Assembly (NCBI GenBank): GCA_963716745.1
Contig: OY970320.1
Span: 1,600,001 to 1,664,000, forward strand
Direction of reading: 5' to 3'
DNA length: 64,000 bases
DNA from: an uncultured Gemmatimonadaceae bacterium
Lineage (GTDB): Bacteria > Gemmatimonadota > Gemmatimonadetes > Gemmatimonadales > Gemmatimonadaceae
The position numbers and the translations under genes were made by a program. Under the pieces are notes generated by a model that was not told the origin of the DNA, did no database searches, and saw nothing but the letters and a program-made list of their open reading frames with translations. This document shows, piece by piece, positions 21,168-31,831 of this stretch. The stretch's first letter is position 1. Every line of letters starts with the position of its first letter.

Positions 21168-23819
21168 CTACAGGCTAAGCCAATACGTCATCTTCACGAG
21201 AAAAGTGTTGATCGGGTGGATCGAGAGCAGGTTGTTCACGTTCGTGCCCGGATCGAAGCCGCTGTACTGCTGGCTCTGGTTGTAATAGTTGCGGCCGTGC
21301 TGCCAGACGAGATACACCGCGGAGCCGCGGCGGTACTCCCAGCGGAGCACGCTGTTCACGATCAATTCCTGGTCGTTGAAGTTGTACGCGCTCGCGCTCG
21401 AGTCGGGCCTGGAGTACGGCGTGAGCTGCGTGTCGTACGACGTCGCGCGCGGATTCGTGAGCGCTCTCCAGTTCTCATAGCGGCCATCGCTGATGAACGG
21501 ATTGGCGTAGAACTGGAACGACAGCTTGGGCGTGAACGTGGCGTCCAGCCGGATCGAGGCGAAGAAGGTGTCCTGATGCAGCGCCGCGAACGTGCTGACG
21601 CTGTCGGGACCGTCCGCGAAGTTCTGGACCCACTGCGTGTAGTCAATGTTCAGGTCGTAGTGCAGGCCCACGGTGAGCGCGAGGTTGGAAGACATCGTGA
21701 ACAGCACCTGCGGATCGATGCCCCAACCGTGCGATTTCCCGCCGCTGCCGTTGAAGCCGAAGGTGTTGATGCTCGGCACGATCTTCATGCGCGGGTCGCC
21801 CTGGATGCCGGCCCACCACGAGAGGTACGGGTGGCGGTACATCGCGGGCCCGCCGCGCGCTTTCCGGTCGTCGTATACGCCGGGCAGGTTGTCGCCCTCG
21901 ATGCCGGCGTTCACCCACCAGCCGTTCTTGAGTTCCGTGGACGCGTTCACGTTGGTGCTCGAGGTGCTGAGGTAGGCGCTCGAGACGCCCTCTGCGCTCC
22001 ACGCGCCGTAGGCGTTGAAATTCAGGAACAGTTGCTTGTAGAACGACTTCGGCTGTTGGTACTGGAGGGCGAACCAGTTCCCCCAGCTCTCGGTGCCGGC
22101 CTGCGCGAGATAGCCGAGGTCGTTGATCTCGAAGCCGGGGCTCACGCGCGTCACGGTGCTGTTGAATCGCACGATCCCACCGCCGATCTTGCCGAAGCTG
22201 AGCTGCTCCGCGTCGCCGGTGAGCGAGGTGCGCAGCGTGTCGAAGGGGAGGCCGCTGCCGGGACGCTGATAGTAGTGCGTACTGTTCTCTTGCGTGTAGA
22301 GCATGGCGGTGTCGGACCCGCTCACCGAGCTGCCCACCGCGTAGCCAGTCAGTTCGTACTGGCGCTTCGAGAATTGCTTCCGGAAATCCACGCCGCCGGT
22401 GTAGGCATCCGTGCGCAGATACGGCGAGGTGAATGCATCGTTCTGCCGGTTGGTGGCCGTCACCATGGCGCCGATGCCGCTCTGGCCGTCGTCGTACTCC
22501 TTGAGCGCGCGCGCAGCGAAATAATTCGTGGGCGGCTCCGCGGTGCTGCCGTCCGAATTGTCGGCCTGCGCGGTGAGCGCGTCGAGCACGCCCACCGAGA
22601 GCCCGTTGCTCAATCGCCCGGTGAGTTTCGCCGCGCCGTAGATCTGCGTGGCGGTGGGTGAAGCGAGCGAGCCGTCGCTGAGCTGCGGCTGCCGTCCGAT
22701 GCGCCTCGAGTAGAACAGGCCGGTGCATGCGCCGTTGTTGCAGCCGACGTCGAGATGGAAGATGCCGGTGCCTTCCACGAAGAACGGCCGCTTCTCGGGC
22801 AGGAACGTCTCGAACGCCGAGAGATTGAGCACCGCGGGATCGGACTCCACCTGGCCGAAGTCGGGATTCACCGTGCCATCGAGCGTGAGGTTCGTGGTGA
22901 CGCCGTACTTCAGGTCCGCGCCGCCCGTGATGTCCTGCTGCCGTTCATAGCCCGTACCGTTCGGCCACGTCACGTTCTTGGTGACAACGTACGGCAGCAC
23001 TTCGAGATGCCGCGGCGCGCCGAGTCCCTCGATGCCGGTGATCTCGCCGAGCTGCGAGGAGATGCCGGGCTTGGTGCGGCGGTACACCGGCCAACTGTCG
23101 CGCTCGTTGAAGCGGGCGATGTCGCGCCACACGGCGAAGCCCATGGTGAGGTTCGGCGCGGGCGCGAAGCGCAGCTGGTCGAAGGGGATCCGGAACTCGG
23201 CCGTCCAGCCGAGCGAGTCGATCGTGGTCGCGACATCCCAGACGCCGTCCCAGGAGTCGTCCTCCTGGTTGTCGTTGAACGTGTAGTAGTCGCGCTTCAC
23301 GCCGCGGGGGTTCACGCAGAACTCGTAGCCGCTGCGTTTGTCGTGGTACGAGTCGATCATGACCTTGATCCAATCCGACTGCGTGTGCACGTCGTGGCGG
23401 CTGAGGAGCGCGACGATGCTGTCGGGGTGCGGATCGTACATCCGCACGAACACATAGATGAACTTGTCGTCGTACACGACTTTGGCGACCGTGCGGAAGG
23501 TCGGCGCGCTGTCCTCCTTCGGCTGGAACTGCCGGAAGGAGTCGATGATCTGCGCCTGCGCCCAGATAGGATCGTCGTCCTTGCCGTCGATCACGGGTGC
23601 GAGCGGCGCGCGCGTGGCGACCGCGGAATTCAGCGTGGCGGTGGCGGAGCGCACCGGCGGATCGCCGATCGAGGCGAGTTGCTGCGAGATCGTTGTCCCC
23701 GATGCGCCTTTCCCCGATGGAACCGTGGCCGCGTCGCTCTTTACGGGCGGTGGGCTCGCCGTCTGCGCGGCGAGGAGCGCGGGCAACACGAGCGCGGCGA
23801 TCGGGGACAGACGATGCAT
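21168..23819 (-). CDS. DUF5916 / CBM9-like outer-membrane protein
   Basis: Signal peptide; PVIDGKDDDPIW, WTAEFRIPF, TVNPDFGQVESD, EKRPFFVEG, LFYSRRIG, LRWEYRRGS, C-terminal KMTYW. Confidence 0.85.
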   Translation of the reverse strand: MHRLSPIAALVLPALLAAQTASPPPVKSDAATVPSGKGASGTTISQQLASIGDPPVRSATATLNSAVATRAPLAPVIDGKDDDPIWAQAQIIDSFRQFQPKEDSAPTFRTVAKVVYDDKFIYVFVRMYDPHPDSIVALLSRHDVHTQSDWIKVMIDSYHDKRSGYEFCVNPRGVKRDYYTFNDNQEDDSWDGVWDVATTIDSLGWTAEFRIPFDQLRFAPAPNLTMGFAVWRDIARFNERDSWPVYRRTKPGISSQLGEITGIEGLGAPRHLEVLPYVVTKNVTWPNGTGYERQQDITGGADLKYGVTTNLTLDGTVNPDFGQVESDPAVLNLSAFETFLPEKRPFFVEGTGIFHLDVGCNNGACTGLFYSRRIGRQPQLSDGSLASPTATQIYGAAKLTGRLSNGLSVGVLDALTAQADNSDGSTAEPPTNYFAARALKEYDDGQSGIGAMVTATNRQNDAFTSPYLRTDAYTGGVDFRKQFSKRQYELTGYAVGSSVSGSDTAMLYTQENSTHYYQRPGSGLPFDTLRTSLTGDAEQLSFGKIGGGIVRFNSTVTRVSPGFEINDLGYLAQAGTESWGNWFALQYQQPKSFYKQLFLNFNAYGAWSAEGVSSAYLSTSSTNVNASTELKNGWWVNAGIEGDNLPGVYDDRKARGGPAMYRHPYLSWWAGIQGDPRMKIVPSINTFGFNGSGGKSHGWGIDPQVLFTMSSNLALTVGLHYDLNIDYTQWVQNFADGPDSVSTFAALHQDTFFASIRLDATFTPKLSFQFYANPFISDGRYENWRALTNPRATSYDTQLTPYSRPDSSASAYNFNDQELIVNSVLRWEYRRGSAVYLVWQHGRNYYNQSQQYSGFDPGTNVNNLLSIHPINTFLVKMTYWLSL

Positions 23820-24014
23820 GAACGGTTCACAGGCAGCGGTTCGGGAGGAGGGCGGCGGGTGATCGGCGCCCGCGACGTGCACTGAAAGGTGTGACACCGG
23901 CGGAGAAGAAAACGTTTGGACGGAGCTTGAAATCCGTACGGATTCGGGGTGGTACAGGTGTCAGGCGCGCGTTATGTTCTCGCGCGGCGCCACTCGCTCG
24001 ATGCCACCGGCTCG

Positions 24015-25421
24015 ATGCCCTCCCGGACGGTGCACGTGACACCACAAAAGCCACCGAAGGACCCGACGCCCGTCGCGGTGCTGCTCGCGCCGGACCTGAA
24101 AGCGATGCTCGCTCAGGGCGCGTCCGTGGTCGCGGCGGAGACGGAGGAGCTGCATCCGGCGAACCTCGCCGACATCGCGGGGGCGCTGCCGCGGGATCAG
24201 ATCCTCGCGCTGTTGCGCGCGCTGCCGGCCGCGCGCGCCGCCGACCTGCTCGAGTATCTCGACGAGGAACTGCGCACCGAGCTGCTCGAGGAGATGTCGA
24301 GCACGCAGGCCGCGGAGCTCGTCTCGGCGATGACGCCGGACGACCGCGCCGATGCGATCGAGGAGATGGAGGAGCAGCGCGCGGACGAGGTCCTGTCCGA
24401 GATCAAAGGCGATGCGCGCGGCGAGACCGAGCGGTTGCTCGCCTACGATCCGAACAGCGCCGGCGGGCTCATGACCACGGAGTTCGTGGCGGTGTCGCTC
24501 GAGGACACCGTGGAGCGAGCGTGGGAGCGCGTGCGGGCGCTCGCGCGCGCGGGCCGGCGCGAGGCGATGCACGCTGTGTACGCCGTGGACGTCTCGGGCC
24601 GGGTGAAGGGCGTGCTGTCGCTGCGCGAACTGCTCGCCGCGGCGGAAGGCGCGCGCATCGCCGACGTCGCGTGGACCGACATCGTGCGCGTTCCGCCGAC
24701 CGCCGACCGGGAAGAGGTGGCGCGGCTGGTCTCGAAGTACGACCTCGTGGCGGTGCCGGTGGTGGACGATCAACAGCGGTTGTTGGGCGTCGTGACCGTG
24801 GACGACGTGATCGATGCGATCCAGGAGGAGCAGACCGAGGACGTGCAGAAGCTCGGCGCCGTGCAGCCGCTCGAGGCGCCGTACTTCCAGGCGGGGTTCT
24901 GGTCGCTCGCGCGGAAGCGCGGCGGCTGGCTGATCCTGCTGTTCATCGAGGAGATGTTCACGGGCACCGCGCTGCGGCACTACGCCACCGTGCTGGAGGG
25001 CGCGATCGCGCTCGTGTTCTTCGTGCCGCTCATCGTGAGCTCCGGCGGGAATTCCGGATCGCAGAGCGCCACGTTGATCACGCGCGCGCTCGCGGTGGGC
25101 GACGTGGAGCTGAGAGATGCGATGAGAGTGTTCCTGCGCGAGCTCGGCCAGGGCCTGGTGCTCGGAGCGTTCCTAGGCGCGATCGGATTCGTGCGCGCGC
25201 TGATGTGGGGGAACGGGTACGACGTGGCGTTCGTGGTGTCGTTCACGCTGCTGATGGTGGTGCTGACCGGAACGCTGGCGGGCGCGATGCTGCCGCTGCT
25301 GTTCACCCGGCTCGGTTTCGACCCGGCTATCGCGAGCTCCCCGTTCGTCGCATCGTTCGTGGACGTCGCGGGGATCGTGATCTATTTCTCCGTCGCCCAG
25401 CGGTTGTTGGGCGCCGGGTGA
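24015..25421 (+). CDS. mgtE: Magnesium transporter MgtE
   Basis: LHPANLAD, CBS pair (AGGLMTTEF, GVVTVDDVID), GGNSGSQ, DPAIASSPF…D; start codon uncertain. Confidence 0.93.
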   Translation: MPSRTVHVTPQKPPKDPTPVAVLLAPDLKAMLAQGASVVAAETEELHPANLADIAGALPRDQILALLRALPAARAADLLEYLDEELRTELLEEMSSTQAAELVSAMTPDDRADAIEEMEEQRADEVLSEIKGDARGETERLLAYDPNSAGGLMTTEFVAVSLEDTVERAWERVRALARAGRREAMHAVYAVDVSGRVKGVLSLRELLAAAEGARIADVAWTDIVRVPPTADREEVARLVSKYDLVAVPVVDDQQRLLGVVTVDDVIDAIQEEQTEDVQKLGAVQPLEAPYFQAGFWSLARKRGGWLILLFIEEMFTGTALRHYATVLEGAIALVFFVPLIVSSGGNSGSQSATLITRALAVGDVELRDAMRVFLRELGQGLVLGAFLGAIGFVRALMWGNGYDVAFVVSFTLLMVVLTGTLAGAMLPLLFTRLGFDPAIASSPFVASFVDVAGIVIYFSVAQRLLGAG

Positions 25422-25446
25422 TGCAGCCCCCCTTCAGGAGGAAGGC

Positions 25447-25836
25447 ATGTCGACTCAGAAAGTGGCGCAGCTCTTCGGCATCGTGTTCGTGCTCGTCGGT
25501 GTGCTGGGCTTCGTGCCGATCGCGATGATCGGCGGGAGCATGGACATGAACGGCTCGATGCTGCTGGGGCTCTTCCCGGTGAACATCGTGCACAACATCG
25601 TGCACCTGGCGTTCGGGATCTGGGGGATCATGGCGTCGAAGACCTCCGAGGGCGCGACGATGTACTGCAAGGTGGGCGGCGTGATCTATCTCGCGCTGGG
25701 AGTGCTGGGCTTCACGACGTTCATCCCGGGCACGCTCGTGCCACTGGGCGGCAACGACACGTACCTGCATCTCGTGCTCGGCGCGGTGCTGGCGTACTTC
25801 GGCTTCGCGGGCGCGCCGGCGAAAGTGGCGGCGTAA
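25447..25836 (+). CDS. Small membrane protein (DUF4383-like)
   Basis: Four hydrophobic segments; LLGLFPVNIVHNIVHL; NDTYLH; strong RBS AGGAGG. Confidence 0.8.
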   Translation: MSTQKVAQLFGIVFVLVGVLGFVPIAMIGGSMDMNGSMLLGLFPVNIVHNIVHLAFGIWGIMASKTSEGATMYCKVGGVIYLALGVLGFTTFIPGTLVPLGGNDTYLHLVLGAVLAYFGFAGAPAKVAA

Positions 25837-25850
25837 CGCGGGCGGACCGG

Positions 25851-25879
25851 GGGCGGGGCTCTCGGGCCCCGCCCTTTTT
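25851..25879 (+). terminator. Intrinsic terminator
   Basis: GGGCGGGGC…GCCCCGCCC followed by TTTTT. Confidence 0.8.
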
Positions 25880-25888
25880 CGTGCCCGC

Positions 25889-25916
25889 TTGATATACCCC
25901 CAGGGGGTATTAGATT
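25889..25916 (+). promoter_or_regulatory. cop promoter with CsoR-type operator
   Basis: TTGATA (-35), then the palindrome ATACCCCC-A-GGGGGTAT (25894-25910), then TAGATT (-10). The C/G-tract palindrome is typical of CsoR operators and csoR is in the operon. Confidence 0.85.
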
Positions 25917-25944
25917 CCCTGCTCCCGCCTCTTCGAGGAGCGCC

Positions 25945-26157
25945 ATGCAGCATCTCGACCTCACCATCGACGGCATGAGCTGCGGCCATTGCCTGAATGC
26001 CGTGCGCGGCGCGCTCGCCCGCGTTCCCGGCGTGCGCATCGAGACGGTCTCGATCGGCCGCGCCCGCGTGGAGTTCGATCCCGCCGCGGCGAACGCCGAT
26101 CAGATCGCGGCCGCCGTGTCGGCCGCCGGCTATACGGCGCACGCGATCCCCGCATGA
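25945..26157 (+). CDS. copZ: Copper chaperone (HMA domain)
   Basis: GMSCGHC motif, 70 aa. Confidence 0.9.
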   Translation: MQHLDLTIDGMSCGHCLNAVRGALARVPGVRIETVSIGRARVEFDPAAANADQIAAAVSAAGYTAHAIPA

Positions 26158-28517
26158 CCTGGCTCGTCGTGCCCGGCGCCGCCGCGGGGATCGGCGGCGT
26201 GCTCTGGTATTTCTTCCCCGACGGGATCCGGCACGCGAAGCCGCATGACCATCGCGCGATGCTGGCCGCCGAGCGCACGGCGGCGAGCATGGTGACGCTG
26301 CCCGTTTCCGGGATGACGTGCGCCGCATGTCAGGCGCGCGTGCAACGCACGCTGCAGGGAGAGCCGGGCGTGGCCGATGCGACGGTGAATCTCATGATGC
26401 ACAACGCGACGGTGCATTACCATCCGGACGCGACCACCCCATCGCGCCTGGTCGAGGCGATACGCGCGACCGGCTATGGCGCCGAGCTGCCCGACCCGTC
26501 GCGCACCGCGCTCGAGGAGCAGGAATCGCAGGAGCGCGAGCGTACGCGAGAGTTCGCATCGCTCAAGGCGAAGGCGGCGGTGAGCGGTGCGATCGGCGCG
26601 GCGGCGATGGCGCTCTCGATGCTCGCGATGGATTGGCGCCCCGCTCCCATGGGTCTTGCTGGCGCTCACGAGCATCGTGATCGCCTGGGCGGGGCGGCAC
26701 ATCTACTCGCGCGCGTGGATGGCGTTCCGCCATCGCTCCGCCGACATGAACACGCTCATCGCCGTCGGCACGGGCGCCGCCTTCCTCTATTCCGTCGCCG
26801 CCACGATCGACCCCGCGTTCTTCCGCGCGAACGGCGTGATGCCCGACCTCTACTACGAAGCGGTGGACATCATCATCGCGCTCGTGCTCGTGGGCAACAT
26901 GCTCGAGGCGCGCGCGACGGGCGAGACGACGCGCGCCCTGCGCGCGCTCGTGCGCCTGCAGCCGCGCACGGCGCGCGTCGTGCGCGCGGGGCTGGAGCAG
27001 GACATCCCGATCGCCGACGTCCGCGCCGGCGATGTCGTGATCGTGCGGCCCGGCGAGCGGATCCCGGTGGACGGCCGCATCACCGCCGGCGCGAGCGCCG
27101 TGGATGAATCCATGGTCACCGGCGAATCGATGCCCGTGGAGAAGACCGCGGGCATGGCCGGTGATCGGCGGCACGATGAACGCCACCGGCTCCTTCCGCT
27201 TCGAGGCCACCACGGTCGGGCGCGAACAGTGTGCTCGCGCGCATCGTGCGCCTCATGCACGAAGCGCAGGGTTCGAAGGCGCCGATCCAGCGGCTCGCCG
27301 ACCGCGTGAGTGCCATCTTCGTGCCCGTGGTGATCTCCATCGCGATCGCCACCTTCGCGATCTGGATGACGGTGGCGCCGGGCGCGCCGTTCGTGCGCGC
27401 CTTCGCCGCCGCGGTCGCCGTGCTCATCATCGCCTGCCCGTGCGCCATGGGGCTCGCCGTGCCCACCGCCGGTGATGGTCGCCACCGGGAAGGGCGCCGA
27501 GCTGGGCATCCTCATCAAGGGCGGCGAGACGCTGCAGCGCGCGCACGAGATCACGACGGTCGTGCTCGACAAGACGGGCACGATCACGGAGGGGAAGCCC
27601 GCGGTGACGGACGTGCTCGTCGCGCCGGACGGGCCGGTGGCCGACCGCGACACGCTGCTCGCGCTCGTCGCCTCGCTCGAGCAGAGCTCGGAGCATCCGC
27701 TCGCCGCCGCGGTCGTGCGCCACGCGCGCGCGCGGTCGCTCGCACTCGTGAACGCCGACCGCTTCGAAGCGCGCGCCGGACTCGGCGCGCGCGCGTGGGT
27801 GGACGGATCGGAAGTGATGGCCGGGAACGCGGCGCTCATGCGCGAACTCGGCGTGGACATCGCGCCGCTCACCGCGGCCGCCGACCACTTCGCCGAGGAA
27901 GGCAAGACGACGCTCTACGTCGCGATCGGCAAGCGGGCGGCCGGATTGCATCGCCGCTGGCCGACACGATCCGCGCGACATCGCGCGAGGGCGTGGCGAA
28001 GCTGCGCGCGATGGGGCTCGAGGTGGTGATGCTCACCGGCGACACCGAGCGCGCGGCGCGCGCGATCGCGGCGCAAGCGGGCGTCGAGCGCGTGGTCGCG
28101 GGCGTTCCTGCCTGAAGGGAAGGCCGCCGAGGTGGCGCGGCTGCAGGACGCGGGCCGCGTGGTGGCGATGGTGGGCGATGGGATCAACGATGCACCGGCG
28201 CTCGCGAAGGCCGACGTCGGCATCGCGATCGGCTCGGGACCGACGTGGCGATGGAGGCAAGCGACATCACGCTCATGCGCGGCGACCTGCGCGGCGTGGC
28301 GCAGGCGATCGCGCTCTCCCGGCGCACGATGCGGATCACGAAGCAGAATCTCTTCTGGGCGTTCATCTACAACGTGATCGGCATCCCGGTGGCCGCCGGC
28401 GCGCTGTATCCGCTGCTCGGCGTGCAGCTGAGCCCGGTGCTCGCGAGCGCGGCAATGGCGCTCAGCTCGGTGAGCGTGGTATCCAACAGTCTTCGGCTGC
28501 GGCGGTTCGCCGCGTGA
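26154..28517 (+). CDS. copA: Copper-translocating P1B-type ATPase; multiple frameshifts
   Basis: GMTCAAC, TGES, CPC, DKTGT, SEHP, GDGIND, YN and MALSS distributed over successive ORF fragments. Confidence 0.9.
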
Positions 28518-28527
28518 GGTGCGAGTC

Positions 28528-28892
28528 ATGACGGCGAGAGCGAAACGGACCGCGGCCTGCGCGTGCGGGCTCGAGCACGAATCGCCGAACGGACGCGGTG
28601 CGCGGAAAGCGCACGGCGTGGACGCGGCGACGAAGGCGGCGAACCTGCGGCGGCTGCGGCGCATCGAGGGGCAGGTGCGCGGGCTGCAGAAGATGATCGA
28701 GGAGGATCGCTACTGCGCCGACGTCATGACCCAGATCGGTTCGGTGCACGAAGCGTTGCGCGCGGTGGGGCGCGGCGTGATGGGGAATCATCTGAGATAC
28801 TGTGCGGCGGACGCGATCCGCGGGTCGGACGGCGAGAAGCGCGAGAAGATGTACGACGAGCTGGTGGAGCTCATGTACGGCACGCGCGCTGA
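28528..28892 (+). CDS. csoR: CsoR/RcnR-family metal-sensing repressor; frameshift near the end (likely …LMYRHAR*)
   Basis: RLRRIEGQVRGLQKMIEEDRYCADV…HLRYC. Confidence 0.88.
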
Positions 28893-28900
28893 GGCACTGA

Positions 28901-28976
28901 GGGAAGAAGGAAGCGGGAAGCGCGAAGCGGGAAGAGAATTCTTCGTCTCTTCCCCTTCCCGCTTCCCGTCTTCCCT
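28901..28976. repeat. Heptamer (GGGAAGC-like) inverted-repeat element between convergent genes
   Basis: GGGAAGAAGGAAGCGGGAAGCGCGAAGCGGGAAGAG…CTCTTCCCCTTCCCGCTTCCCGTCTTCCC. Confidence 0.75.
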
Positions 28977-28987
28977 TGTTGGCGCTG

Positions 28988-30887
28988 CTAGACGAGCGCC
29001 GCCTCGCGCCTCGGCTTCTGGTCGGCGGGGTTCGACTCGACCGATTCCGCACGCACGATCCCGTCCTCGAGCCACGTGAGATCGCCCGCCATCACGCGCT
29101 GCGACACTTTGTACAGCGCGGCGTCGTTGGGGCCGAAGAGGTTGCGGAAATGGTCCGCGATGCGCAGGCGGGCCTCATTGCAGAAGAGATCCGCCACCTC
29201 GAGCGCTGAACTGTCGCCTGTCGCCGCGAGTGCCCGTGCCCGCGAGCACGCCGACGCCATCGCGAACAATTCGGCGCCGACATCCACCAGACGGAAGAGC
29301 ACCATCTGCCGCTTCTCGAGCTTCGGACCGAGCCGCACCATCGCGTGGAACACCGAGCGGCCCAGTTTGCGCGTCGTGCGCTCAACGTATCGCACGTGGC
29401 CCGCCAGCCGGCCGAACTCGCCGTAATTGCGGAGCGGCCCGAACATCATCGACGTGTACCACACCGGGTAGAACTTGATCGATCGGCCCGCTGCGGCGAG
29501 CCGCTGCGACATGGTCGCTTGCGGATTCACGAGGTCGAACGCGGTCTTGAAGTGATGGTCCACCGCCTCGCGCGCGATGAACAGGCGCATGATCTCCGAC
29601 GATCCTTCGAAGATCAGGTTGATCCGGGAATCGCGCATCGCGCGCTCGAGCGGGATCGGGTCTTCGCCGCGCGCACGGAGCGAATCGGAGGTCTCATAGC
29701 CGCGGCCGCCGCGGATCTGCAGCGCGTCGTCCACACCGCGCCACGCCGCCTCGCTGTTCCACAGCTTCGCGATCGCAGCCTCGAGCCGGATATCGTACCC
29801 GCCCCGGTCCGCGAGGCCGCTCGACAGCTCGGCCACGGACTCCATCGCGAACACGTTCGCCGCGAGATGCGCGATCTTCTGCGCGACCGCTTCGTGCTTG
29901 CCGATCGGCTGGCCCCACTGCACGCGCTTGTTGGACCATTCGCGCACGATACGCAGCATCTGCTTGGAGCCGTAGGCGCAGCTCGCGGGCAGCGTGAGGC
30001 GCCCGGTGTTGAGCGTGATGAGCGCGAGCTTGAGTCCCTTCCCTTCCGCCCAGATGATGTTCTCGCGCGGCACGCGCACGTTCGTGAACTTGAGCACCGC
30101 GTTCTCGATCGCGCGCAGCCCCATGAAGTGGTTGCGGTGCGTGATCTCGAGCCCCGGCGTCTTCGTCTCGACGATGAAGGCGGTGATCTGCTTCTTCGGC
30201 TTGCCGTCCACGATCGCGTCGGGCGTGCGCGCCATCACGACCATCAGTTCGCAGCGCGTGCCGTTGGTGATCCAGAGCTTCTCGCCGTTGATCACGAACG
30301 ATTTCCCATCCTCGCTCGGCGTCGCGGTGGTGCGCATGTTCGCCGGATCGCTCCCGGCGTCCACTTCGGTGAGCGCGAACGCCGAGATCGCGCCCTTCGC
30401 GAGGCGCGGCAGATACTTCTTCTTCTGCTCGTCGGTGCCGAAGAGCTTGAGCGGGACCGGGCAGTCCGATCGACTGCGCCGCCGAGAGCAGCGCGGTGAG
30501 CGAACCGTCCTTGGATGTCACCATGCCGATCGCGCGGATATAACTCGTCTGCGAGAGGCCCAGCCCGCCGTACTCCACCGGGATCTTGATCCCGAACGCG
30601 CCCATATCGCGCAATTCCTGCACCGCACTCTCGGGGATGCTCCCGTCGCGGTCGATCTTGTCGGAATCGAGACGGTCGAGGAATGCGCGCAGCTTGTCCA
30701 TGAACGGCTTGGCACGCGCCGCTTCTTCCGCCGTCTGCTGCGGGAACGGATCGATCAAGTCGAGGCGGAAGCGCCCGAGGAACAATTCCTTCAGGAAGCT
30801 CGGCGACGTCCACTCGCTCTCGCGCGCGGACTCCGCGACGTCGCGGGCTTCCTGCTCGCTGGCATGGCCGTGCGAAGACGGTGACAT
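28988..30887 (-). CDS. Acyl-CoA dehydrogenase (VLCAD/FadE-like); frameshift ~30460
   Basis: AFALTEVDAGSD, INGEKLWITNG, LNTGR, RVQWGQPIG, IRGGRGY, RDSRINLIFEGSSEI. Confidence 0.92.
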
Positions 30888-31002
30888 GGCGTGCCTTCGG
30901 TGGCTGAGTTGGCGGTGCCCGGCCGGCGGCCGGCGGACGGAGCACCTCCGTCCTGAGGGGAAGTTATACCCGGCAAGCGACGGAGTACACTCGCGATTCG
31001 TG

Positions 31003-31713
31003 CTATGCGGGCGCTTTTCGGTCGCGGTAAATCATGAGCGACGCACCGCCCAGCGCGATCGCGGCGAACAGGAACCACTGGATTGCGTAGTTGAGGTGCG
31101 GCCCCTCGTCGAGCGACGGGGCCGCCAAGCGGACGGGCGCGCCGGCGGCCGCCGGCGCGGCGCTGTCGCGCTGCGCGACGACATAGAACATCGCGATCGG
31201 GAACGGGAACGCCCCGGGCATCTCTTTCGCGTCCATGCGGCGCCACGCATTCGCGGTGGACGCGGTGCGCGCCGGCCCCTTGCCGTCGGTCACGAACTCC
31301 TCGACGTAGCCGTTCAGCACCTGATGCGGCGCTTCGTCGAACTTGGAGACGTCCACCGTTTGCGCATCGGGCGAGTACACCCAGCCGCGATTCACCAGCA
31401 CCACGCGGTCGCTGGGTTCCACTTTGAACGGCGTGATGATGTACACGCCGGGCGCGCCGTCATGCGATTCGCCGGCGATCACGACTTGATGATCGAAGTC
31501 GAAGGTGCCGACCGCGCGCACCGGGCGCCAACGGCGGGCGCCGGCAATGAGGCTGAACGGACCGACTGGCGGCGCGATGATGCGAGTGAGTTTCACGTCG
31601 TTCGCAAGGCGGCGTTGCTTGAGCCGGTCGAGCTGCCAGAAGCCGAGCCGCACGAACAGCGCCGCGGCGGCGATGCCGAGCAGGGCGGCGAGGATTTGTC
31701 GGCGGGAGAGCAT
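31003..31713 (-). CDS. SURF1-family protein
   Basis: RLGFWQLDRL, VLVNRGWV, GPHLNYAIQWFLF. Confidence 0.92.
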   Translation of the reverse strand: MLSRRQILAALLGIAAAALFVRLGFWQLDRLKQRRLANDVKLTRIIAPPVGPFSLIAGARRWRPVRAVGTFDFDHQVVIAGESHDGAPGVYIITPFKVEPSDRVVLVNRGWVYSPDAQTVDVSKFDEAPHQVLNGYVEEFVTDGKGPARTASTANAWRRMDAKEMPGAFPFPIAMFYVVAQRDSAAPAAAGAPVRLAAPSLDEGPHLNYAIQWFLFAAIALGGASLMIYRDRKAPA

Positions 31714-31831
31714 GGGGGAAAGATAACGGCGGTGGCGGACTGTCGGCTGTCGGCTGTCGCCTGCCTTCCGTCGCGCCACGGGGAGTCCTAGCTTCGAAGC
31801 CGGACCCCTCTGGAGATTGGTCATGCGCCCC

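Noticed and set aside
28892..29079. C-terminal extension of CsoR
   Set aside because: Restoring one base gives …LMYRHAR* at 28892; the extension merely translates an intergenic repeat.
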